Shown here: positions 21,664 to 33,463 of the stretch, in pieces
How positions within the stretch are numbered: the first letter of the stretch is position 1
Layout of the letters: the number at the start of each line of letters is the position of its first letter
Assembly: GCA_000934665.2 (NCBI GenBank)
Contig: JYFJ02003521.1
Coordinates: 1-40,603, forward strand
Length of the DNA: 40,603 nucleotides
Direction of reading: 5' to 3'
Source: Catajapyx aquilonaris
Lineage: Eukaryota
Made by a program: the position numbers and the translations under genes
Notes under the pieces: model-generated
Told to the model about the DNA's origin: nothing
What the model saw: only the letters and a program-made list of their open reading frames with translations
The model's database searches: none

Positions 21664-24600
21664 TTAGTCTGGCTGACTCGCCGTTTCCATCTTTTGTACA
21701 GCCTCCCTCAGTTCTCTCACCTCTTCCATCAGCACTCTAATATCACTGTGTGTTTCCGATTGGGTTTCAGTTCCAGGGTCTACTGCTTTGGCTTCAACAG
21801 TAGCAAGTATGCGGTTCAACTGTGCCTGCATTTGGTCCAGCTGACTTTGAGGTAGTGCAGGAGTGGTCCTGGTGCTGAGGGCATAGGCACAGTCGTGTTC
21901 AAAGGCACGCAAGCTTTGTTGAGCTGTGGGAGGCAGGGTGTCCAGATTTTTTGGTCGTGGTGAAGAATCAAGCTGTCGCCAGGAGGACAACAACAGTCTG
22001 TATAGGAGGTACACAGGAGACAATGGAGGAGCCAGCAAAGGCCGGGAATCAAACTCTTCCAGCAGTAGGGCCATCTGGTAGCGCCACAGCTCCTCGGAGC
22101 GGGATTCCACACTCTCAAACACTTTCCTGAGGAAGATCATGTGTTTAAGGCATTTATGTAAAGCATTTAGAGGCTATAACATCAGGCCTGCTGTTAACAT
22201 AGTGTAGTCAAAAACTTGAAAGTGCCATTTTAAAATAATGTGCAATGGTGCAAAAATGACCCAGCTCCCTACACTGCTGCATTATCATGCCTCATTTTCG
22301 GGTGGTTTTTTTTTGGTTAACCCGTAAGGGGTTGTGCAAATACCAAGTGACACTTTTGGGGGTCGGGGGGGGTCGGTGACAGTTCACGTGGTATCTCTGA
22401 ACATGGTGAATGGGCACATAATTTATGGGAGCTTTTACAGAAGGACATAGGTTCAAAATAATGGATACCAAGGTCGGTCACAGGGGGGAGGGGGGGGGGG
22501 GGGAAATGAAAAAGTGGCCTAAAATTGGTCACATGGTATTTGCACGACCCCTAACGAGTTAGGTGGTATCTTTTCATCAACCAGGCCTACATTTGTTGAT
22601 AAAATCAGAACTGAGAATATTTGTACCATAATGAGATTCCATCTTCTGGTCAGTCAATTATCTGCACATGGGCTTGTTTTCATTATTTTTCTTTTGATTA
22701 CAATGCTTATATAAAATTAAAACCCAAACTTTTCCACTTGTCTCTTATGCAGCAATGCAGATACCGTGCAGCATCTTGATCACAAATTCCATCCTCCCCC
22801 ATAACGCCATTTGAAATAATATATTTCAGATGAATGGCAGATGACATTTGTTTAGGATGTCTAAAAGTTGAAATGATATCTGAGCTAAAATCATAGTATG
22901 AACTGACGGAATGAACCTACACCATTTACTGCTCTTATACTTGAGGTGAAAAAATGCTGCTCATGTGCTTTTGCTTTCAGAAATAAATAACCTAGATCCT
23001 AGATAGTGTCACATATGTACAGTCATAAAGATGTGGAAGTAGACCTATATTCCTCTGCCCAGGGGTTCCTTGCACAACCTCTGCCCCTCACCAACAGCAC
23101 CAAGGTAGGCCTACTAGTCTAGGACATGCCGAGAAGAGAATACCATATGTTGATAGTGTACGGTAATTATGACACTGGCAGCTCCTCTACAACAAGGGGA
23201 GTAGTAGGCATCGTACTGCTAGCGACATTTTCCAGAGCATCAGAAAAACGAATCGCAGCAATGATAGTGCAAGCCGTGCAAGCAAGATTCGTTCTTCTGC
23301 CGCAACGGAAAAGGTCGCTAGCAGTATGCCGCAATTAATGTGCAACACTGTACCATCCACAATCATCTTTCTGCTTGCAACTGTACTGTACATAATGTCA
23401 ATACTGTTCAGATGAGGTAATTCTCCACACTCTGCAATAAGTAAATAAACATTGCCCTCTTTTTGTAAGTCTTAACAGGACTGTTTCATGTTTGAGATAA
23501 CATGTTTACACCTCTTTGGTTTTTAAAGTATTTTAAACTTCGTAAATGACTAACACAAAGTTATTTCAGATATGTTGTGAATATTAATGTTCTCAACATT
23601 GCAAACAAATAGCTACAATTGACTCCGGATATATCAGCCTCAGTTTTACAGATTCTTGGTATAGTAGACTCGAAAGGCTGGTCCTGCCATACTTCTATAT
23701 ATGCATATATGGCCTACAAAAGTGACTTTTTCTTGAAATCCAGTTAGGTAAAGCCCCTTTCTGCCATCACCTCCTCAAGTACTGTTTGGCCATAAACTGT
23801 TTCATTTTCCAACAAAATAATGTCAACATTCACATAATTATCAGGATCACCATATGACCATAAATGCTGTGAGCTACCACTGTACAAGTGTATAGCCAGT
23901 CCAAAGTCAAGTACAATGAGAGCTGTGAAACTCACGTGAAAATGGCAATGAGTAGGTTGAGCAACATGACATTTGAGAAGAGCAGATACACTGCCAGAAA
24001 TAGTTGGGCCAGCCAGGCGAGGGAAGTTGCATCTGATGCTTCCACCACCTTTTCCTCTTCTTGCAGTTCTTCCAGCTGGAGCTCACCATACATTTGCCAA
24101 TAAGGTCGCAAAAACAGCAGCCGGATCCATTCCCATGATGTTTCGCCTTGCTTCACACCAAGTAGCACTTGAGCAGCCACACCGTACGCAAGTGCAAACA
24201 CCAACAGGAGGAGGAGGAACACAAACACATGTGGAATCTGCAATGGTTTATGTTACTTACTAATATGTTTTACATTTAACTGGGCCTATGTAGTACTGGT
24301 AGCAACAAAAATGGTTGTCCTTATTGTTTTCTGAATACCGAAGGTTAGCTAAGTTTGTACAAATTATTGTAAGAAATTACTGAAAGGTTCCCATGTTGAT
24401 CCCTTTGAATGGGTAATATGGCAAAAGATTAAAAATTTTTCATAAGAAAATTCACTCTTTTTCATATATTTATCATTTGGACCTTTCCTTGCATCATGAC
24501 ACTGCTAAATGTTGTTACCCCTAATTCCAATCCCTAATATATGAATTCCATTCATTTCTACTTCGACCATGGGCTGCCACACACCGTTGGTATGGAAAAT

Positions 24601-27600
24601 ACCAAACTAAATAAGTCATGACAATTTATTGTTAACATAGTGAAATCTGTTTACATAGCTGAATGGCCCATGAAACTTTTCCTTAAGAAATAAGTTTCCG
24701 CTATGTCGGACAATACTAAACTAGATAAACATGTCCCGAAATTTGTCCTCCCCAAGTCAGTACATTTTTCAAATGCAAAATGATCTGAAAATGTTGTCCT
24801 TCCCACATTAGATATGTTCCGCTATATCAGGCAAATACACAGTCCATGAGAAATTCTCTCTCAATGCATGGACCATATAAGTTTCTGCAGTGGACAAGTT
24901 TACATTATATGCAGGATCCGCTATAGACAGGTTTCACTGTATTACAAAAATATTCAGTACTTGCTCACCATGCGATGGAATGCCACTAGCTTGGGGCCCA
25001 ACAATGAGTGAGCATGGTATATCCTGAAGACACGTAGGTACATGAGAGCAGTGTGCATTGCCATCAGTGCTCTGGTCCACATCATGCAAGTGAGTGAGTT
25101 CTGGGTAGGACCCAAGTGCCTCAGAAAGAATGCAACAATAGCCATCAGTATTGCCACAAAATCCAGCTGGTTCCATGCAGAGGACTTCAGATGGATTGTC
25201 ACTCTTGAACATGCACCACTGTTGTCATCGTGACACTGTATCTCTCTGATCTCTTCAATCAAGACAGTTCCAAGCCAGAGCCACATGAATGCTTCCTCTG
25301 CTGCATAGGCTCCAGGCTTCCATGATATTCTTAGAAGCACATGTGACTGCAGGATCAGAAGGGAGAGCCAACATATGGCATGACCTGCGAACTTGGTTGC
25401 TGGAGCCTTGTAAAAGGCAAGCAAGATTTGGGCTGGAGTGGGTATCCCACCTCTGTCACCAAGTTGAAGTGGACGTGTCAGGTTAGTCCATAATACTAGT
25501 GGAGGAAAGATCAGACCCAGGACTATGGCTACAGGTGACAGATCCTGCAGTAAATATGGACACAAAATAATTAACTTCAGGCCAAGTTGCACCGTTGCAC
25601 CGTCCCCTGGATACATTTCCAGCTGGAAAAACAAACTTTTGTGGCTATTTTACAGCTGGAAATATTTCCTGGAAGCGGTTTATGAAAACCTAAATACACT
25701 CACTTGGAAACCCCGCTTCCATGATTGGCTGACAGCCTGCTGGCAACACTTGGCGCACAAGAATTGCTTCAGGCGTCCTCTAGCTGCCAACTGCAATATA
25801 GTCTTCTGATTCCAGGATGCCAGAGGTCGTTCCAATATGCATGCTGCTAATTCGCAATCCACATCCAGACAAGCATCAGCCAGCTGGGTGGCTGTTTCCT
25901 GGAATGATGCCCTGTGTTCTTTGAGCAACTGAGCATGTTCAGGGTGGCATTTGACCAGGGCACCACACATGGACGCAGCCACCACAGCTCCAAGCATGGG
26001 AGAGTCGCAAACAGTTTGGAGATATTGCGCCACTTGAAGTCGATTAGTCAAAACAGACCAGAGGAGCAGTTCATGAGTTGGATCCTGAAATTTTGTCTCT
26101 TCATTCCCATTTGAAGACTGCTGGTAAACAGATTCGCTGTGCTGTCCCATCAGTCTGCATAGGATTCGATGTACCATGTGTAAGGTTAGAGGCTCCTCTA
26201 AATTTCTGGAGACAAGTTTGCGGAAGACTCCATGGGGCTCATCAGCTGCTTCCTGATACAGGTCCCTGAGTTTTGCGCTGCCCACAAACAAGTGGAGGTC
26301 AACCCCTTGAGCTAGTAGGAGGCGTACAAATCCCACCCTGTCTAGAAGTAGTGCCTCCTGTAGGATGTCCTGCAAGACATTTCCTTCCCAAGGTGAAGTA
26401 CCACTCTGGAAGAGGCCTTCAGCTAAGTCAGGTCGATCCCACTGCAGTGCTAATCTCAGCTGCGCATCTCTTGTACTCATGTCTCCACCTGCAACACAAT
26501 ATAGTGACCATGACATGAAGTCAGTACTGTATATACCACAATCTTGCTTTCGGGGAGTGGATTTAAAAAAATTTTTAAACCTACTTTGCATTACAGCAGC
26601 TAGAAGATGGGCGTCCAGATGTGGATCCGCCTCCACATCCACAATCGTTAAGTTCCCTGCTTTGCAAAGCCTCTGGATATCTTCTTGCACTCCTTCCAGT
26701 TCGCCATCTGACCATCGATGCTTTGGAAATGCATTTCTCAAAATCTGATTCAATTCTAGCTCTCTGTTGGAAGAAATGAGCTTCTCAGAAGTAGCGAGAA
26801 CATCCGCGGCACCTCCCGTATTCGTGATGGCTATCACTGGTGTAGGGGCTACTAAATATACCCCTAGGGCTTCTCTGAGTGCCGAAATCCCACCGCCTAA
26901 TAGCAAGAGGACCCTTGGGGCAGACACGGCCGATGCAAGGTTCCAACGTAATGCAGCTGCGCCGCTTCGTTTGCACTTCTGGAATCGGAATCCGTCATCT
27001 ACGAGCAGAAGATGAGTGTGGGAAGCGTTGAGTCGTAGTCCTGCCACTAAGTCCCAGCGAACCCATGGGTCCATCCTGCATCAATAAATGGGAATATGAC
27101 AAGGGAGAACTGAAGTGGAATTGAGTGAAGCTCACCTGGCATGGTTGAGCGATGTGATGTCGTCATTGATGAGAAGCCGACGCCTGTGGGTTGTCAGGCG
27201 ACCCCATGAAGCCACCCCGATGCATGGAAGGACTTTTCTGGACTGTCCAGTGGCCTACAGGTGCAAAATAAATAAATGGTGTCATGCCAGAGTGGATTAA
27301 ATCTATTTTTGCACATTGTGAAGTGGCGGCTCTAAGACCTTTCACGTTGACGTAACGTGTAATTTGTTCATGTTTTGGCGTTATGAGATATGATCTGGCC
27401 TGATTAGCATATGCCAGAGTGGACCAAATGCGTCTCGAAAATGATTGCCTGCTCCTCCACTGTTCATGATGTCAGAAATGATTTTAATAATGGTAACAGT
27501 CGTGCATTTTTTATAGAAAATATTACTCTTGCACTTGCCGTTTGTCCAAATATTATTCAATTTAGATAATCTGATAAGCTTCTTTCACTGTAGCCCGCCT

Positions 27601-29479
27601 ACATGCAAACATGCAAACCACCCTACCCGTATAATTTACACATCAGCAGAAGATTGGATATCAAGTTATGGTCAAAGCTCATTCACTACAAAAATAGTAA
27701 GATTGTGCCAACGGAAAATAGCGATTCTGTGTCCATATCGTCTTTTATATCGACTAGTTAAAAGCACATCTGATACACCGCGTGTCAGGTGAAAGTGTAA
27801 CGGTTGAGTGGCTCAAAAATTAAGGTCATGAAAAGCAGATGCCAAGGTGTATACACACACAACAAGGGCAAAACAATCTAAACATAAACACATTGCTGCA
27901 ACACTTGAGTCCAAACACATTACAGTACAGTACTGTAGGCCTATAGGCGCTTCTTTTGTTTTTCGTGGTGCTTATATTATGACAGGTCCTATAAATACGC
28001 AGGTCGGGCCCATTTTACGCCGCTGCTCTGTGTTGCTGGAACCACTTTTACTATAAATAGTGATTTCATCCTGATATGTAGGCTATCCAACCACACGCTT
28101 GTATCAGTGGCGGCACAGCATGCAGGATGAAACACGCCCGGTTGATATATTGTACTCGTGATTGTACTGTACAATGAAAAAAATGTATGCATTGTTTTGT
28201 GGTGACCTTGGTTAGGAACACCGCACTGCGGGAGATTATCATACCGTAATATTATAATTAGAGTAAGATGAGGCTTGCAGGCTATAAAGGACTGCCCGTG
28301 CCCGCATTGAACTGTATAGGCAGGAGTCCATGACAACCACATGACTAACCTGTAGGCGCCCACGCGACAAGGCGTCAGCCACCAGACCGCTTGGAAACTC
28401 GTCGGAACCGTCGGTAAGGACCCAGGCCTTGGTTGACCTGGCTGCTCTTACTATGCCAGCAGATATAGCCTCCAGAATTGCTGGTCGTACAATTGCATGC
28501 AAGTCCTCTTCAATATCTCCCGAAGTAGCAACACACATGACCAAGTTGGGCACATCTATACCATTATAGAAACTGTCATACAGTACACCTGCATTCAACA
28601 TAAGACATATGAAAGAACGTACGGAGGCTCCAGTAGTCTTGTAATAAGGTGAGGATAAGGTTGGAGTCGCTGGAATCGGCCAATCGCAAGTAGGGAATGG
28701 GCCGAGGTGCGTCGTTGCCGTCCTTTCGAACCAAGGTCAGCATCCCGAATGCGTTTGTAGGAAACTCGTGGATGGCAAAAGATTCATCCCACGCCCTGGG
28801 CTAACACGAAAAGAAGTGGACGTTACCTACTAGCAGCACAGAACGAAATGCTGTACTTACCACTGTTGGACGGCCATCCAGGGAAGATGTATAGTCGGTG
28901 CTGCAGAAAGAAAGTAGACATTGTATCAGTGGTTTCATGTAACCCCAGACATTGTCACATACCCGATGAAAGTTGGACACGTGTTGTGGTCAGGAGCAGG
29001 TGCTCCACAACAACAAGAAGAGTTTCCGCCTTGCTCATCCCCGCAGCTGTACAGCACACACTCTTTGCGACAGAAGCTGCTGGACACAAAGTTCCACTCT
29101 TGCAGCTGCTTCCGTTCTGAATCCGCCAGTCTGGTCCTGGTAGGAAGACCTATTCTAGCTCTCTGGAGTGTCCATAGAGCCTCGGTCAGCCTAGGTACGT
29201 TATTCTCAGCATATTCGTCCCCCTCCATCAGTGTGGGGCGACGACTCTGAGGCTTCAGGACGGGCAGGTGCCACTCAGGTGAAGAAGTCCTGAAGGAATT
29301 TGCAAGACCACTATTTCTGCGCCAGTCCCCATCATCACCAGACCCCATCATCACCCCACTCACCTCATATGATAAATGCCATCTTGCTGTTGAGCACCTG
29401 TCGCATCCTGATGAGGATCCGGAGAGGGTCCGACAGCCGCTTGGTTACCAGAAAAGCAGCAACCATGAGGCATCTTCAT
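21664..29479 (-). CDS. TRPM-like (melastatin/soromelastatin clade) cation channel, ~1200 aa
   Basis: Exons 29479-29364, 29289-28963 (FCRKECV..CCCG), 28900-28861, 28800-28623 (PTNAFG, YLRL, YWSL), 28555-28350 (PNLV, AARSTKAWVLTDG), 27254-27136 (CIGVASWG), 27075-26585 (LNASHTHLLLVDDG, SLOG/MHR), 26488-25704 (LALQWDR, ELLLWSVLTNR), 25544-24969 (S1-S4, LLGPKL), 24237-23936 (S5-pore-S6, NVMLLNLLIAIF), 22126-21664 (WRYQ, PLLAPPL, coiled coil). Total 3603 nt, phases consistent. The start codon is the least certain part. Confidence 0.9.
22328..22551. mobile_element. PIF/Harbinger MITE
   Basis: TAA|GGGGTTGTGCAAATACCAAGTGAC / GTCACATGGTATTTGCACGACCCC|TAA; internal G-runs. Confidence 0.85.
23214..23326. 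mobile_element. Small hairpin MITE
   Basis: TACTGCTAGCGACATTTTCC / GGAAAAGGTCGCTAGCAGTA. Confidence 0.65.
24638..24939. mobile_element. Tigger/pogo-like MITE; related end at ~39890-39910
   Basis: TAGTGAAATCTGTTTACATAGC / GCTATAGACAGGTTTCACTG|TA; internal TCCGCTAT sub-repeats. ACAGGTTTCACTGTA also occurs at 39896-39910. Confidence 0.65.
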
Positions 29480-31032
29480 ATTGAGTTTTCTGCCCCCAGC
29501 AGCGGGCAGATAACGACAAACTAGAGTTTGTCCATATCCGCTTGTGGCATTCACTGCGCATATGTTGCTAACGTGCGCCGTGCTAGGCAATGAGTGGCAC
29601 CACTCGTGTCCCACTCCGCGTCACCCTGGAGACGCGACCTTGTTTCCCTTTCTCTGCCCATCTTTTATTCACAGGTTTCGATCACGAATATCGATAGTAA
29701 GCGCAACGTTGTGAGAGACTTGGACGCGCGAGCGTCTCTTCAACCATGCCTGGCACATTTGCAGTCCCTTTCTGCATGACATGTTTTGTTTTACTGACGC
29801 CTCGATTGTCTTGCGTTGTTCTGCACGCCAAGGCTATCATGTTTCGGAATTACTCCAGAGGCCTTCAGCCATTAGTTCCGATTAATCCCAGGAGTAAACC
29901 GGGTGTACAAATTACCATGAATCTGGATTTGTATGATCAGTACTATACATATCTGCTTCTTCAGCAGTTATTTCGTAGGTTCATGCATTGAGTATAGGCT
30001 ACCACATAATAGGGTTGATCTTCATGTTGTATAAAAAGGAACGTATACATTTAACATTTTCATAATATTCTGCATTACCAATCTGTAGTATTGATTAAAG
30101 CCATTATGTGTTTGTTTTCTCCCACATTTTATTGGCGTGACAGTGTTCACACCGGCGACCTGATCATGCATTAGTTGGAACCTAATTGAGCATTGAGGCA
30201 TGAATAATGATAGAGCGGGTACTGACCTCTTATTAGGGACGCTCGGCGTAGCAAGTGAGCAGAGTACAGGCTACTTGGGAACTTGCATATTGGACTATTC
30301 ATTGCGCATCTGGCAGTTCAATACGACATGTAGCCTATTCTAACTCTACTCCACTCTACTCTATTTGTTACGTTTGAAAGACAAAACGCCGCGCCGGTGT
30401 GAAATATTAAGTTACAATACATACACTTCATAAGGACTTCCTTTGAATTTTATTGCATTATTATTATATCGTCCAACAAGGTATAGGCCCTATACTCTTG
30501 CTAAACAGGCGTTTATCCAGGATTGGAGGAGAATCCAGGATGGAGCAGGGAAATTTTCCGAGAAAATGAGCAATTACATCACACATCAACGTGGGAAAAA
30601 TATAAATAAATAGCAGAAACTGACAAAGCCGTCTTTCTACTTGCATGCTGTTGATCAAATTCACTCCTTATGAATTCATGTTCATTGGAGTTCGGCATGC
30701 TACGTACAATGCAAATACGTTTCAGGTTTCACTACAAAGAATAGGACTACAATAAAAATGGCCACCAATTTTCATCCAAAATAGCTTCAAAAATAGTCAA
30801 ATGTAACCTACATAATTAACCTTTTATATACAGGCCTACGTATCGCTCGGAGGGTTATTGGGAATGAATATGCATGTCTGAAAGGGCCATTTCAACGCTT
30901 TATTCCCGCGGAGGTTGAGTGGATCGGTAATACCTCCCAAGCCCAATTACTTCCCACAAATAATTATAACGGGCTTTAGGTCGAACCCGCTACCTTTCTA
31001 TCCGCGGCGCGGGCGCGGACGTTTTCGATGCA

Positions 31033-31427
31033 CAGGGTGTTCCATGTTCGTAGGTCGTCTTTAGTTATCCCTGATATCGCCCGATGTACACTGTACTCAC
31101 AATTTCCCAGGTGCGGATTATCCGTGCATCGCCAAAAAATAAACCTAAAAATAAAAGTTCGAAAAAATGAGAATAGGCTTATGTCTCGCAAACGAAGAAA
31201 AATATATAACAGCCTTTTTCTAGAAGACAAACTAATAATCTATGGTAAGTTTTACCATTTTGATTAAATCTGAGTTAAAGCAGCATACACTATGTAGAGT
31301 AGTTCATTAAAAACCTCTGAACAGCTCACTTTTACCACTTTTACGATATAGGCACATATAGAACCATTTTCCGATTTTCCGGCGACACCCATGTAGTCAT
31401 TAGGCCGGATAATCGGGAGGACAGATT

Positions 31428-31472
<45 letters not shown>

Positions 31473-31662
31473 GTTTGTTTGTTTGTTTGGTTTTTGTAGC
31501 CTTTTGTGCCCCAATCCAGGTGCCCCATTAGGCTACTACCAGGAGGTCGAATATAGCAGTTTCTGTAGGATAGGCTATCCGGATCAAGGCACAAGCTACA
31601 AAAATAACAGCTTTCAGCGAAATTTCTTATAACTAAAAGGCCCTACGACTTGAAACACCCTG
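31033..31662. mobile_element. Tc1-like MITE containing a microsatellite
   Basis: CAGGGTGTTCCATGTTCGTAGGTCGTCTTTAGTTAT / ATAACTAAAAGGCCCTACGACTTGAAACACCCTG; a related left end lies at ~14403. Confidence 0.7.
31428..31489. repeat. Compound microsatellite (TTG)n(TTTG)n
   Basis: Directly visible. Confidence 0.95.
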
Positions 31663-32279
31663 CATTATGTGCTTATCCGCCGCCATCACAAAAAAAATAC
31701 CGTGCACGTATTACAGTGAGCATTAATCATCATTCATAAACCTTTAGATGGAAATGTAAGACTATTTTTCCTGCATTTCCAGTGTTTAATCAGACTTCAT
31801 TGTGCAATGTGGATTCTGAGAGTATGGATAAATGGAAGAACACACACACGCACTCTCTATGAAAACTTTACCATTAGAGGGGACGGAAGGGCATGGATCT
31901 GTGAAGTTGATGGGGTGGAGGTGGAGGCCTGTAGGATGAACTAGTATACAAAAACCTACTTCCACACTGCCTTATTATCTTCATTTCTGTAGAATGTGAG
32001 ACCATCTACCCTGAAATTGCATGTCTTTTCGCTGGAATTCTGCGGAATCTTCAAACTTGGGTCCAGTTGTGGTTCCGTTGCTAAAATTTTGGGTATGAGC
32101 ATGTGTAGCCTATACATGAGCTGTCAAATGCTCAGGTCTCATCAAGAAATTCGATTCTCCAATAAATTGTGGCCTCCTCTTGTGAGAAAAATGGAAGTGC
32201 CAGCACGGAGTCAGTGATTAAATCCAAAGTACTAGCTACCTTGAAAGCTATCATATAGGAAAAATCCAAGAGCTCCAGT

Positions 32280-32526
32280 GAGGGGGTGAAAATCAAAAAC
32301 CGACAGCTCCGTCATAAACGTAACGGAGAAAAACGAGAAAAACCTACAGTTTCGCCGTATATGTCAATGTAAATACCTGAATTTCGCGGCTATTCCCATG
32401 TACATATGTAGGGTTTTTGTTACCATATTCAGGTATTATGTAGTCCATGGCATGAGGAATGCATTTCCGGCGCTAACTAATTTTTGTTATTTTCTGGAGC
32501 TGTCGGTTTTTGATTTTCACCCCCTC
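32280..32526. mobile_element. Sola-like MITE with a 4-bp TSD
   Basis: CAGT|GAGGGGGTGAAAATCAAAAACCGACAGCTCC / GGAGCTGTCGGTTTTTGATTTTCACCCCCTC|CAGT (perfect 31-bp TIR). Confidence 0.8.
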
Positions 32527-32569
32527 CAGTACAGTACAGTACAGTACAGTACAGTACAGTACAGTACAG
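32527..32569. repeat. (CAGTA)8 pentanucleotide microsatellite
   Basis: Directly visible, abutting the MITE end. Confidence 0.95.
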
Positions 32570-33078
32570 GAGAGCTGAAGCAGCATTAGTGTCTTTATGG
32601 TCTACTTGATAGATGTTATCAACGTATCATCAGTATGGTGTATGGGCTATAGTGCAAAAAAAAGACACACCATTATTTTGTCCCTTGGTACCACTACACA
32701 TCTCAGAATCTGCGACACACAAATACCCTGCTACAACTTCCCTGTAAATCCCACTTTATGCTGTTCTTTAATTACTATAATGGAGGGGGCATGGTTAAAC
32801 ATTTGCTGACCACTAAGGGCCATAATTGCATCAAAGAGGTAATCACACTGTTTAAGATAATGGGAGTTCCATCTGAGTCTCGGCTTGGCAACTGCACTAC
32901 GGTACTATGACTCCATGCAATTTTAAAAATCCTTTATTGATTACACCATTCAATCTCACTGCACTGCTCATTCTACCAGGTATGCCTATTGTGACCTAAT
33001 TAAAAGCCACTCCATGGTGGGAATCATATTTCAATGGGAAGCTACCACTAGGATATAATATAGGAACTCACTCCATAT

Positions 33079-33463
33079 CATTGCTGTTCTGACAAAACCT
33101 CGTAAGCGACAAAAAGCAAATTTCACAAGGAGACACAAAAAACCGTTTTCCGAAGGCATGAGTCGTAATAAAATTATGAGTCGTTATTCCTAGCTTGCAC
33201 TCCAAGATTGATGCAGGGGTCCTACCACGTGCTCAGCTGTCAGGGCGGAACTGTTTCTTACGTGGTTTTGCCTTGGGTTTTTCGCACAGAAAGGCTTCCA
33301 ACCGGATATGTGTTTTGGTCATGTGACCACATGGAGCTTTTCCATGGGGCCAACGATTCCGAGGTTTGCGCCGGACGTAGAGGGTGCGAGATTGTTCTCG
33401 AATGTGCAATAAAACGTAATCGGCGCCTGGTGGCGCTTACGAGGTTTTGTCAGAACAGCGACG
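33079..33463. mobile_element. MITE with ATAT TSD (Sola1-like)
   Basis: ATAT|CATTGCTGTTCTGACAAAACCTCGTAAGCG / CGCTTACGAGGTTTTGTCAGAACAGCGACG|ATAT. Confidence 0.8.

Noticed and set aside
30970..31030. GC-rich patch with minus-strand B-box-like GGTTCGACC
   Set aside because: No A box or cloverleaf is evident and it abuts a MITE; insufficient for a Pol III gene call.
32527..32569. CRISPR-like array (also considered the repeats at 4349-4405 and 24690-24930)
   Set aside because: These are simple or degenerate repeats without unique spacers, the context is eukaryotic and no cas genes are present.
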